A program made the position numbers and the translations under genes. Under the pieces are notes generated by a model. It was not told where the DNA came from, did not search any database, and was given only the letters and a program-made list of their open reading frames with translations. From the NCBI GenBank assembly GCA_964016885.1, contig OZ024742.1, positions 261,144,001-261,208,000 of the forward strand: a stretch of DNA of 64,000 nucleotides, written 5' to 3'. Positions 52,620-64,000 of this stretch are shown here, piece by piece (position 1 is the first letter of the stretch; the number at the start of each line of letters is the position of its first letter). This DNA comes from Eledone cirrhosa (taxonomy: Eukaryota).

Positions 52620-52870
52620 TCTTTCTTCACCCACATATTCCTGAGAGGGTCGTGTAGGCAGAGTCCTCAAACACTCCTTCCAGCGGGTCCTGTCAGAAGC
52701 AACCATCTCCAGCTGATCCAGCTGGATCCCTAAGCGAGACCAGGCAAACTTATGGATGTTATCCAACCATCTTGCTCAGGGTCTACGCCTGGGTCTCCTG
52801 CCAGTTGATTTTGCCTGTAAAATCTGTCCAGCGATTCTTTCCTGAGCACACTGAGCCAGAACAAATACCA
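52620..52870 (-). mobile_element. RTE-group LINE (second family) 3' end
   Basis: Matches 54825-55060 and 27950-28035. Confidence 0.7.
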
Positions 52871-54038
52871 AAGCATCTTTTTTTATCTGATGCCTTAACA
52901 ACTCTGCCAATGTAATAAGTGTGGCATTTGAAGACTAAAAGAATAAATACATCAAATGAATACACCTGTATACTGTAATAACCCAAAGGATGGGGTTAAC
53001 AATCCAATGCATCTTTATTTACTATTAGTGGACCTGTACTGTCACTAATAACATAATTTTGGGATTACCTGATGTATGAACACTCAATCAAACTAGGAAA
53101 TTTGCATTTTAATATATATAAGTAAATATAGGGTTGCTTTGTTCTTTGAGGTCATTTGCATGAATTTATTGAAAGATGCATGAGTTGTGAAAGAAGAGAT
53201 TTATTTGTGAAAAAATAAACATGAATAATCTCGAGACTCTAGATGCAATCTGCTCAATGAATCCGTCATTAGCATTGATGACTTCTTCAATACCAAGTCT
53301 GAAACGTTGACATCTATTTTCGACATTGTGCTAGTTATGCAGATTTCTGAGTATATGGTCTTCCTTTGCTCACACTCTCTATCCAAGGCCTCACAACCCT
53401 CTCCAACACCACTTTATGGTCAGCAGCATTGAGCCTTAAACCCCAAGGAAATTATGACATCTCCCCCATATAGAATACTTTGCAGTAGTCATTTTGGCCA
53501 TCTGTGCCTTGAGTTGAACCTGTGCCCAGTTCAACTTAGCCTTTTATCCTTTTGAGACCAATAAAGTACCAGTCTAGTATTCCTAAATATCTTTCCCTCT
53601 CTTGATCTCTCTCTTTCTTGCTCTGTTGAGACCTAGAGAGGGATGGGCTCCACGTTGTTTAAATGCCTAGGACAAGCCATATATCATTTCAGTGCCCTTA
53701 TGACTTTATCAGTTAAGGGTCTATGGATGGAATCCTTTGATTAAAAAAAATTGGTTTAGATTTGAGGATTCTTCAGCTGTGTTGAAGACATGACAACCTC
53801 CCTAGTGCTGGTGCCATGGACCCTGCTGAATGTGACAATGTATGTAAGAGAGATGTGGCTCCCAGCCTGTCTGAGATGTCAGTAACTCTAATTAAATACT
53901 GACTTGGTCTGTGATGATGTGTCCAACTCTTGTTAGCAGGGTAAATAGACATTAAATGGTGAGATGATAATGATGGAAATAATGTACTGGATTAGAGATT
54001 TGCTCCAAATATTGAAATGAAATTGCGATTGTTTTCAG

Positions 54039-54122
54039 GTTGTGCGGATTCAGTCTCCGGAACATGGCACAAAACGCATTCAATCTTCAGACTCCGAGAA
54101 AATCAGCAATTTCTTAAATAAG
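54039..54122 (+). CDS. NPLOC4: NPLOC4 coding exon 2
   Basis: TTTTCAG|VVRIQSPEHGTKRIQSSDSEKISNFLNK|GTTTGT; matches the Npl4 ubiquitin-like N-terminus (IIRVQSPDGVKRI..FLKK). Confidence 0.92.
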
Positions 54123-54824
54123 GTTTGTATCTATTTCTTTTACATCTTATTTATTTAATGTTTTCCGCACAGTTTGGTAGATAAAGATGTCTTGCTCATA
54201 TGTTCCATATTTTGGCATGATTTCCACAGCTGGATACTCTTTTTAATACCAATCACTTTACAGTGTAGAGTACATTTTAACATGTTACCATCACTACTAC
54301 TTTACATAGTGTACTGCGTGACTTTTTATAATGAACTGTTAGTCCCTTTCTTATAGTTGTTGCCCAATTGAAAAGTAGGAATGATGGTAACCAACATTTT
54401 GGAGTTGGAGCAACTAAAGGCAATTAAATTACTTGCTCAGTCTAGTTTTGTTACAATGATTACTACAGTTTTTAACTCTTGAACTTGTAGTGGGTGGTCC
54501 ACTCTCAAGCCTTGTGAATGAAATTTGGTTGACAGAAACTGTGGAATTCCAATTGTACCTGTTCTAATCTGCTGCTTACTACTCTTTTACATGTTTCAAC
54601 CCATGAACCTTAACCATATTGTGGTATTGCCATTAATCTGAAGTCACCTTGACATCTTGACATCTTGGTGTACTGCTTACAATTGCAGCAGCAGCCAGTG
54701 GCAGATTATGGGGTTGGTGGTGCTGACTGGGTTGTAGCCACAGGCCCACAATAATTAAAGGACCCTTAATGAATTTTTTTTGCTATCATCAATAATATAT
54801 TAAATCAGTTTGACACAAGGACTA

Positions 54825-55610
54825 CTTCCTTACCCACTTATTCCTGAGAGGGTCATGGGAGCAGAGTCCCCAAACACTTCTAGCAGGTCCTCTTAGAAGC
54901 AACCAATTCCAACTGATCCAGCTGGATTCCCAAGCGAGACCAGCCAAGCTCATGGATGTTATCCAACCATCTTGCTCAGGGTCTACCCATGGGTCTCATG
55001 CTGGTTGACTTTTGCCCATAAAATCTGCCTAGCAATTCTTTCCTAAGACATTCTAGCCACATGCCCATACTATTGGTGCTGTTATCTCTCAATTCGGAGA
55101 AGTAGCGGCTCTACCTGGAGTGACTCTCTGATCTTCGAGCTATGCACTCTATTGAGTAATGTTACTCCAAAGACCCTTCAAAGGAACCCCATTTTGGCTG
55201 CTTGTATTCACAAGATTCATGACCATTGGTAAGGGTTGGCATGAATACCGAATTGAAGATAGCGAGTTTGGCTTTTACGCCTACTACCCTTCTTCTGATT
55301 ACTGAATCCTGAAGCTGGTGCATTACTGCACCAGCTCCTTCAATTCTTGCACTTAATTCATCCTCCTGCCTTTCATCACTCGTGAGCATAGCCCCAAGAT
55401 ACTTGGATTTCTACCTGCTTCACTGGAATGCCATTTACATGTAGGGTGTAGTGTCTCAGTTTTTGCAGCATTGATTTTCATTCCAGCCATGCAGCACTCG
55501 GCATCAAACCTATCAAGTGCAAGTTGGAGATCACCTTCTGTTGAGTTAAGTAATACCATGTCGTCTGAAAATTCCAGCCAACTGATTTTACACCTGCCAA
55601 TTAAGCTATA
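54825..55610 (-). mobile_element. RTE-group LINE (second family) 3' portion, decayed
   Basis: FSDDMVLL..DLQLALDRF..GMKINAAKTE; KYLG; KLAIFNSVFMPTLTNGHES. Confidence 0.8.
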
Positions 55611-57127
55611 TATGGCGGTGTCATACCCAAAGACTGGTGCAGCAGTATTCTCATAAATTGCTACAAAGGAAAAGGGAATGCTCTGGAGAGGAGCAATTAT
55701 AGGGGCATAAAACTGATGGATCAGGTTATGAAAGTGGCAGAAAGGGTATTAGTGCAACTAATTAGAGAAAGGGTCAAACTAAATGAGATGCAGTTTGGTT
55801 TTGTGCCTGGGAAAAGTACAATAGATGCCATCTTCTTAGTGAGACAACTACAAGAGAGGTTCTTAGAGAAGAATAAGCCACTATACTCAGCTTTTGTTGA
55901 CCTAGAGAAGGCCTTTGATAGGGTACACCGATCTGTCATCTGGTGGACCCTAAGGAAACTAGGTGTTGAGGAATGGTTTGTGAGGACAGTGCAAGCTTTG
56001 TACAGAGGTGCTGTCAGTAAAGTGAGGGTAGGAATGGAGTTTAGTGAAGAATTCCAGCTACAAGTAGGAGTACATCAGGGTTTGGTCCTCAGCCCGTTCT
56101 TGTTCATTATAGTCCTCTAAGCCATAACAGAGGAGTTTAAGACTGGCTGCCCATGGGAACTTCTCTATGCTGACGATCTGGTTCTTATAGTAGAATCAGT
56201 AGAGGAGTTAGAGAATAAATTCTGGCTATGGAAACAACAGTTGGATTAAGAAGACTGAGAGTGAACCTAGATAAGACAAAAGTGTTGATAAGCAGAAAAG
56301 AGGACAAAACTCTGATTCCGTCAGGGAAATGGCCATGTTCGATATGCAGAAAAGGAACTGGCATAAATTCTATAAAATGTAGTGGGATAGCAGGCAAACT
56401 AACAGGTAGGGAAAACTACGTATGCAGTAGATGTACAGGGAAATTTGACAGTAGAATTCGCATTGATAGACACATTTTTCAAATGCAGGTAGGTTCTATA
56501 GAAGTGGTTGATAGCTTCCGGTACCTAGGTGATCGGATTAGCATGGGAGGTGGGGTTCCGAGGCCATAGTATCTAGAATAAGGACAGGTTGGAAGAAGTT
56601 TAGGGAGCTGCTTCCTCTGTTGACAAAGAAGGGTTTCTCCCTGCGTACGAAAGGCCGGTTATATAATGCTTGTGTAAGGTGCGCGATGCTGCATGGTAGT
56701 GAGACATGGGCAGCAACTGCAGAGGATATGCGACGGCTGGAGAGAAATGAAGCAAGCATGCTCCGTTGGATGTGCAATGTCAATGTGCACGAGCGACCGA
56801 GCATGGATGCGTTGAGAGAGAAGCTGTGTTAAAGAGAGATAAGTTGTAGTGTGTGGTAGAGAAGACTGCGATGGTATGGACATGTGATGTGCATGGAGGA
56901 TGACCGCTGGGTAAAGAAGTGCCAAGAAATCCCCAGTAGAAGGAAGACGCAGTAGAGGAAGGCCACAAAAAACATGGGTGGAGGTGGTGAGAGCAGACCT
57001 CAGATTGCTGAAGCTCACGGAGGAGATGACGAAGGACCGTGACAAGTGGAGAGATGCTTTGCTGAATAGGACCCGTCTCACCCTTGCAAGCAGGTAAAAG
57101 CGGACGTAAAATGATGATGACGATGAA
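55608..57127 (+). mobile_element. RTE LINE RT and 3' end, decayed
   Basis: IPKDWCSSILINCYKGKG, MQFGF, FVDLEKAFD, GVHQG, LLYADDL, FRYLGD, MLHGSETW; (GAT)n tail. Confidence 0.92.
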
Positions 57128-57660
57128 TCAACTGTCAACTGATCATCATCTAGTTATCTGCAACTTGAGCCTACTAAAGCCAAAGAAGTCCACAAAACTG
57201 GCAGGTCTGGGGCAACTCACAGAATAAAGTGAGAAGTGTTGGTGGATAAGGAAGTCAGGATCAGGTATGCAGATACTATTGCATTCAAATTCAGAGAACT
57301 CCCTGAGCAAACTGAGGACGTTGAAACAGTGTGGAGATTGTTCAGCTCAGCAGTTTCTGCTTCAGCTGTTAAATGCTGCCGGTGAAAGAGGCTTGGTGTC
57401 GTGCCAGATAGCAGGACGGCCCTTTGGTTCAATCGAGGTCAAATATGCCATCCAAGCAAAGAAGGAGATATACAAAGCTTGACTGGGAAATAAACTCTCC
57501 TTCTTGCACTTGCAGTACAGGCAGGCACAAAGAGTTGCAACAGAGACAGTAAAAGCATCCAATGTTAAGACATGGGAGGACTTTAGGGTTAAGCTGGAAT
57601 CTGACATCAGATCAACAAATAAAGTATTCTGGCAGATCATCTGCTGACTGCATAATATGA
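57128..57660 (+). mobile_element. RTE-group LINE (second family) internal fragment
   Basis: LSTDHHLVICNL..IK*EVLVDKEVRIRYADTIAFKFRELPEQTEDVET, homologous to 40230-40430. Confidence 0.75.
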
Positions 57661-58582
57661 AGTTCTCCTACACACTTGCTGACACAAGGACCTCAATATA
57701 TTTTCAGCCAGAGGCCACATGCCAGCTTAATCCTCCCCATTAGTTATAGTTGCCTCTTTTCCCCATCAGTTTTAGAGGTCCTGAAAAGGGTTATGGACAC
57801 TGCTTATCTGTTGTGTTATATTTAGGTATCTTTTCAGATAGATAACAATGAAGATAATGCAGTGGTGCTGACAGGGTATCAGACAATTTCCTGAGGTCTT
57901 GGCAATGTGATCTTGTAACTGGTGCTGCATTGTCAATCTAAGAGGAACTGCAACAGCCATGGACACTGTCCCCCCCCCCCCCCCCCAATAATAGTAATAA
58001 AATAACTCAATAAAACAAAACATTACCCCCCCCCCCCCAAAAAAAAAGATAATTCATATTATATAAGTTGATGGTAGGGCTCTCAACCAAATTCACTCAA
58101 ACTGACAATGTACTAAGAAAATGGAATATGGAATCTACAATGCACCTTTGCATGCTCTAAAGAGGGCACATGAAGAAAATCTTGACTCAACAACCAGAAA
58201 ACAAATATTGGCAGAAGCCAATTGTGCAAACGAAATTGTGTGAAGACTATAATGAAAATCGATTTGTTTTTCAAGCAATAGCATGTGTGATGTTAATAAG
58301 TATTTGTATTGGCTTGCTGTACTGAGTTCAAATTTTCCCATGAGGAAAATCTGTTAGCGAAAGATTAGCAGTCTATCTAAGAGATTTATCTTAGCATTAG
58401 AAGGCCTGCCCTTATCTTATTTGATACTTATTGATCTGGATTCAAATCGCTTTCACATTGAATTTGACTTTCATTTCTACTAGTGAGGGTGGGGTGGTGG
58501 CATAAAAATAAAAAGTTGTAGTCCTTTTCGCTTACAAAATTGAGTTTGTGCCTTACACTTTAATTGTGTTATTTGTTTTTAG

Positions 58583-58695
58583 GTTCAGAATGAGTTTCAA
58601 GTTGGTGATATTGGTTGGACTATCTACAAAGACCGACAGAAAAATGTCCCTATAATAACATCCAGAGTGAAGACTTTGTCTAATTATAACATTCG
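58583..58695 (+). CDS. NPLOC4: NPLOC4 coding exon 3
   Basis: TTTTTAG|VQNEFQVGDIGWTIYKDRQKNVPIITSRVKTLSNYNI-CG|GTAAAT; 113 nt, phase 0 to 2. Confidence 0.88.
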
Positions 58696-59955
58696 GTAAA
58701 TGAAATGCCTTTTTTTCTTTCCTGTTCCACCTTATCTTTCTTTTCCTTCTTCCTTTTACCTTTTATCTATGTTTGTTTTGTTCTCTCTCTTTTTCTACTA
58801 CTTTTCACTTTGTTAGTCTGCTACTTTCTCTCTCTTTAATTTTCCACTTTTATCACTCTCTTTCTCTTATTCTTTTGCTTCTTTTCTTTGTTTGCCATTT
58901 GTCAATCTTTCTCTATCATTCTTTCTTTTTAATTGCCTGTTGTTTCTTTATTTTTTATAATGTCTACTGATTTCATTCTCTCTGCTTGCATAGGTTTGAC
59001 GGCCATGCCATACCTTGCTCAAACAGAACTGTATTTTGGCTGGGTTTTTATAGATGCTAGATACCCTTCCTAACACAAACCACATTTACAGTGTGGGACT
59101 GGGTAGTCCCTCTATGAAGCAAGTCTGGTCAGTTGGCTGTGCTGTACCATATACATATTGGGACTGTGTGTTGGCTGGGTTTTTACGGCTGCTGGATGCC
59201 CTTCCTAACACCAACCACATTTACAGTGGGGAACTGGGTGGCACCATTATGATTCTGACCACTTGGCCGTGCTATACCCTGTTCACAGCTGAACCATATT
59301 TTGGGAGCTGGGTGGTTTCATTATCAAGGAGGTCTGACCAGTTGGCCGTGCATTGCCTTGCTCATAGTAGTGCCATGTTTAAGCTGGGTTTTTATGGCTG
59401 CTAGATGTTCTTCCTTCAGCATAGAAATGGGTGGCACAGTTATGAGAAATCTGACCAGTTGGCCACGACATATCATGCTCATAGGGATTTGGGTAAATGT
59501 ATATACGATATATATATACCACATATGGAGATAATACACAATATATACTTATATATGGTCATACCCATGCTAGCATGGAAGATGGACGTTAAACGATGAT
59601 GTAACATATATATAATATATATATATACATCATACATATACACACATTATGCATGTATATATGCCTATGTACAATACATACACATGCATATACAATACAT
59701 GTATACATATACATATTACATGATGTAACAGGGTAACTGAGATAACGGGGTGGGGTTAAGCCATGTCTGGCAAACAGCAAACTGGAAGGTGGTGGATAGG
59801 AGGCGGGTGGGAGAGTTCTTGTGACATGGTATGCACTTGTATAAAAGTTAGTGTTGGTAATAAGAAAAGTGAAATATTAAAGTAAAAAGGTGCATGTATA
59901 TTTTTTTCCATTTCTTCCTCTCCTTACTCTTCTCTATCTTTCTATTTCTTTTATC

Positions 59956-59995
59956 TGTCTTCTGATGAAGGACTAGCATCTGAAATATTAAGACA
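59956..59995 (+). ncRNA. Degenerate minimal hammerhead motif in NPLOC4 intron 3 (sense)
   Basis: TGTCTT-CTGATGA-AGGACTAGCATCT-GAAA-TATTA-AGACA. Confidence 0.45.
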
Positions 59996-60084
59996 CTTTT
60001 CCTACTATATCAAGCGTTAAAATAATGTATATATATATATTTTCACTGTACTGTGTTGTTTTCCATTTACTTTTTGCATACATA

Positions 60085-60115
<31 letters not shown>

Positions 60116-60156
60116 CATCATCATCATTGTTTAACGTCCATCTTCCACGCTAGCAT

Positions 60157-60206
<50 letters not shown>

Positions 60207-61252
60207 CCAGATCCCCTCAGGGAAGTGGCCTTGCTCAGTATGTAGGAAAGGTGTAGATAGGAACTCCATCCTCTGCCCCATATGCAAACAATGGGTACAC
60301 AAGAGATGTAGTAGGATCTCAGGAAGCTTAACTAAGAATGTAGGCTTCACATGTGGCAGCTGCACTGGGACAGCAAGCAGCAAACGGCCACAGGAACCAA
60401 GCACCACCAAACTCTGGGAGGGCTCTGTAGAAACAGTAGACAGCTTCTGCTACCTAGGTGACCGAATTGGCAACGGAGGTGGGTGTTCGGAAAGTACAAT
60501 AACTAGGGTAAGAACGGGATGGAAGAAGTTCAGGGAGCTACTGCCACTGCTAGCTGCAAAAGGCTTTTCCCTTAAAATGAAAGGCAGACTGTATGGTGCG
60601 TGTATCCGAACAGCAATGTTACATGGTAGTGAGACCTGGGCGCTGTCTATAGAATACTTGCGTAGATTAGAAAGAAACAAAGCCTGCATGCTCCGATGGA
60701 TGTGTAATAGTAATATACGCGAACGGCAAAGTATAAACGAATTGAGAGAGAGACTGAGCATAAGAAGAATCAAATGCTGTGTGCAGGAGAAGAGGTTGCA
60801 TTGGTATGGGCATATGATGCATATGAAGGATGACAGCTGCATAAAAAGGTGCAGAGCACTAGATGTCGATGGAAGCCGCAGAGTGGGGAGACCCAAGAAG
60901 ACCTGGGATGAGGTGATAAAAGCCGACCTTACCCAATTGCACTCTCATGACCATGACCTCTGGTGTCACACAGTAATACAGAAGACCCTATATCCCACGG
61001 GTACAAGCCGAAGCTGAAGCATATTGACAATATGCCCCACCCCCTCCAACTGCAAAGTGGTCATGGAGGTGCCATGGCAAAAAAGCACCCATCACTCACT
61101 GTAAATGAGGTTGGTGTTAGGAAGGGCATCCAACTGTAGAAATCAAGCCAGAATCAGTTCCCGCATGAGCAAGACAAGGTCAGTCGACCGGACACTGCCC
61201 ACAACAGGACAACCCATCTGACCCATGCTAGTGTGGAAGAATGGACGATGAT
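60207..61252 (+). mobile_element. RTE LINE 3' portion
   Basis: SGKWPCSVCRKGV..FCYLGD..MLHGSETW..RLHWYGH..RVGRPKKTW; same 3'UTR as 13985-14340. Confidence 0.9.
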
Positions 61253-61939
61253 ATATATATATATATATATACATATATACACACACACACACATACACAT
61301 TTATTTTGAAACCCTTGCTGGCTGATTTCTCTTTTGAATAAAAAAAAATATGTGAATATTTGAACCTTTCCACATTGTTTAAATTGTCTGTCTTCTTGTC
61401 CAATTCCAAACACCTTAAAGCTGTTGTTTTTATATTCTTAATCATATTTCTCAGTCAAATATTAGTTTTTTATAACATTAATATATAAAAACCTTCATGA
61501 ACCTTCTCATGGCTTGACAATCTGCCCGATTGCTATCATATCTCACTTGCATTCCCCTTCCTATCTGTCTATCTATCCTTCTCTCTCCCTCTTTCTTAAA
61601 CTCATGGTTGTATTGAGTAGACATGGGCTCTATAAGCCATGGCAAAGACAGCCTGTCTAGGAGAACAGTTACTCCTTATAAGACTGTATGGGGTAGACGT
61701 AGGCTCTGTAAGCCATAGGGAAGGCATGCACTCCAAATGAATAAGACTGTACAGGGTAGACATGAGCTTTGCAAGTCTTAGCGAAGGCAACCCATGTAAG
61801 AGAGTAGTCGCTCTGAATTAGAACTGACACAGGGTCAAAAAGACTCTTCAGTCCAGTCAAACAATCTCTAGAGCCTGTGGCATAATGAAATGCACCAAGT
61901 CCATGTTGTAAAATGGCTGTGGAGAATTAGTAGGAGGAA

Positions 61940-63160
61940 GAGACTACCCTAAACTAACCCAACAGAGGGATCAGTTATCGAAATTGATAATTATAGGGTT
62001 AAAGCAACCAAGGAAATGAAAAATGGTAAAGCTGCTGGACTGTCAGAGATAGTCACTGAGATGCTGAAATCATCTGGGGAAGTATGAGCTGAACTAGTCA
62101 CCTGCATAGTTAATCAGGTAGTGCACGATGGGGCCATACCCAATGACTAACACAGTAGTATACTCATTAATTGTTATAAGAAGAAAGGTGATGCACTGGA
62201 GAAGAGCATCTACAGGGACATAAAACTGATGGACCAAGTTATGGAAGAGTCCTAGCAAAACTAAGTAAGATATAAGTCAAATTAGATGAGATGCAGTTCA
62301 GTTCTTAGGGAGGCTTTTGTGGATCTGGAGAAGGCCTTTGACTATAGATTACTCTATATTTACTATTGTATTTTCATGGTAAAGGCTTTATTTCAATTAA
62401 TTATCTCATGATTTTGAATCTTAACATTGGTATGAGTGACTGGTTACAGCTGGTTTGAACAGAAAGAACTGAGAGAATTCTAGCTGGATGCAACTGGTTT
62501 AAATGCTAAAGGGTTAATGAAACAAGGTGTTGAAGAATGGCTTGTGAGAGCAGTGCAAGCTATGTACAGAGGAGCTGTCAGTTAGGTGATTGTAGGCTAT
62601 GAGTTCAGTGAGGAATTCAGAGTGTTCATCAGGGCTCAGTCCTCAGCCCACTCATGTTTATTATAGTTCTCCAGGCCATAACAAAAAGTTTAAGTCAGGC
62701 TGTCCATGGGAACTTCTGTATTTTGATGATATGGCTTTTAAAGACGAATCAGTGGAAGAGCTAGAGAAGAAATTTTGACTTTACACACAGAAATGGCTTA
62801 GAGTGAACTTGGGAAAAACCAAAGTTTTGGTAAATACGAAAGACAGGACCCTGATGCCACCAGACTCTGCTGATATGTAGAAAAAGAAGTAGTTGGTAAC
62901 TCTATAAGATCTACACAATGGATAAACAAGAAGTGTAGTATGACAGCAGGCAGATTAACAAGAAAAGGAAACCTTGTATGTGGTAGATGCACAAAGATAT
63001 TTGGGAGTAAGAGCATTCGGAAAATAAACTTTTTCTAATCTCAAGATGTCATAGAGGTGGTTGATAGCGGTTGCTACGTAGATGATCATAATAGTTGGGT
63101 AGGAAGTTGCAGCGAGAGCATAATAAACTAGGTTAAGACGTTCAGGAGCTACTTTCTCAG
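61940..63160 (+). mobile_element. Highly decayed RTE LINE RT region, interrupted at about 62345-62520
   Basis: MKNGKAAG, FVDLEKAFD, HQGSVLSP, CPWELLY. Confidence 0.75.
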
Positions 63161-63438
63161 TAACTATGTCAGAATGCTGGCATAGATTCTCCCACTAGCA
63201 CTGGTGCAGACTCTTCCACTATCTCTCTTTTAACTCTATCTCTCTCTTTTTCTCATGAAGAAATTGGCTGTGTTAGTTGGAGTGGGATGGAATCCACCAA
63301 GTTTAAATGCTTAAGACATTCTGTATGTCATGATGGCACCACTATGACTACATTAAGAGTTAAGAGACCATGCATGCATATTCCCTGTACAACATTTCTA
63401 ATTTAATTCTCTCTTTCTCTGTCTATCTTTTTACTCAG

Positions 63439-63681
63439 TCATGGAGATATGCTGTTTCTCAACTTTGAGTCAAATGCCAGTAGCCAAGATGCTTCAGATT
63501 CTGCAGTAGCCTCGACATCATCAGCCATTCCTGTGGTCTCCAAGAAATTTAATACGAACACCAATGTTACCAACTTCAGCACCACATCCCATATACCACA
63601 TAGAAATGTTGTCTTGGATGAAGTTGATGAAATTCTTGAAAAGGAAGATGGGAAAGTTGAGAGGAAACGTAATGAACAATT
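63439..63681 (+). CDS. NPLOC4: NPLOC4 coding exon 4 (gene continues beyond the window)
   Basis: TTACTCAG|T-HGDMLFL..NVVLDEVDEILEKEDGKVERKRNEQ-TT|GTAAGT; matches Npl4 HGDLLFL and NVVEDEIDQYLSKQDGKIYRSRDPQL. Confidence 0.93.
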
Positions 63682-63744
63682 GTAAGTATTTGTGAAAAGT
63701 GTTTTGGTAGCAGTAAATTAATAGTCCTCCTGGCTATGTTGTTA

Positions 63745-63880
63745 CAGTAGTGTTTGAACTAACAGCTTATAATAAGATTGTGATTTTGAATCCACTGCAA
63801 GCATTTCATTGTGCCTTGTGCTTTTCATCCTATCGAGGTTGATAAATAAAGTATTAGTCCAGTACTGGGGTTGATTCTTC
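63745..63880 (+). mobile_element. SINE remnant
   Basis: TTTTCATCC..GGTTGATAAATAAAGTA..AGTACTGGGG as in 46569-46766. Confidence 0.5.
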
Positions 63881-64000
63881 CTCTCTCTTTCACTTTGTGT
63901 TCAGACCTGGAAAGAGATAAGCTTCACCAGGTTTTAAATGTCGTGTGTCACGACAGCACTTGTTTTTTTGTTTTTTTTTAAACCTATGAGCAGACCATTG

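Noticed and set aside
54825-57660. Single twin-primed LINE with an inverted 5' part (54825-55610 and 57128-57660)
   Set aside because: Orientation fits, but the pieces are far apart in element coordinates and no TSD is visible; independent fragments are as likely
63449-63685. Stand-alone 78-aa gene
   Set aside because: It is the interior of NPLOC4 exon 4; the Met is internal and the stop lies in the intron

Overview
AT-rich, repeat-dense eukaryotic (animal) genomic DNA. The SINE, RTE and microsatellite repertoire suggests an octopod cephalopod, but that is inference. Bases 1-27,700 are a stack of retroelements inserted into (TA)n/(TATG)n microsatellites. They include RTE LINE fragments, several Penelope-like elements (PLEs, three of them Naiad-type) carrying hammerhead ribozyme motifs, a Tx1/L1 fragment, and one apparently intact CR1-group LINE (3443-8242). 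That LINE has an unusual ORF1 (Myb/SANT-like domain, polyQ, two CCCH fingers) and an ORF2 with no usable AUG that overlaps ORF1 in the -1 frame across two canonical slippery heptamers. Bases 29,756-33,358 hold a decayed Helitron whose 69-bp tandem array encodes 23-aa STPR-like repeats in a frame the ORF track does not show. From 43,550 to the window end lie the first four coding exons of NPLOC4 (Npl4, p97/VCP cofactor) on the + strand, with TE-filled introns. A possible divergent membrane-protein gene starts about 300 bp upstream on the - strand. Nearly all long YI/IY ORFs in the track are microsatellite artefacts. All family calls come from motif recognition, not database searches, and TE boundaries are approximate.
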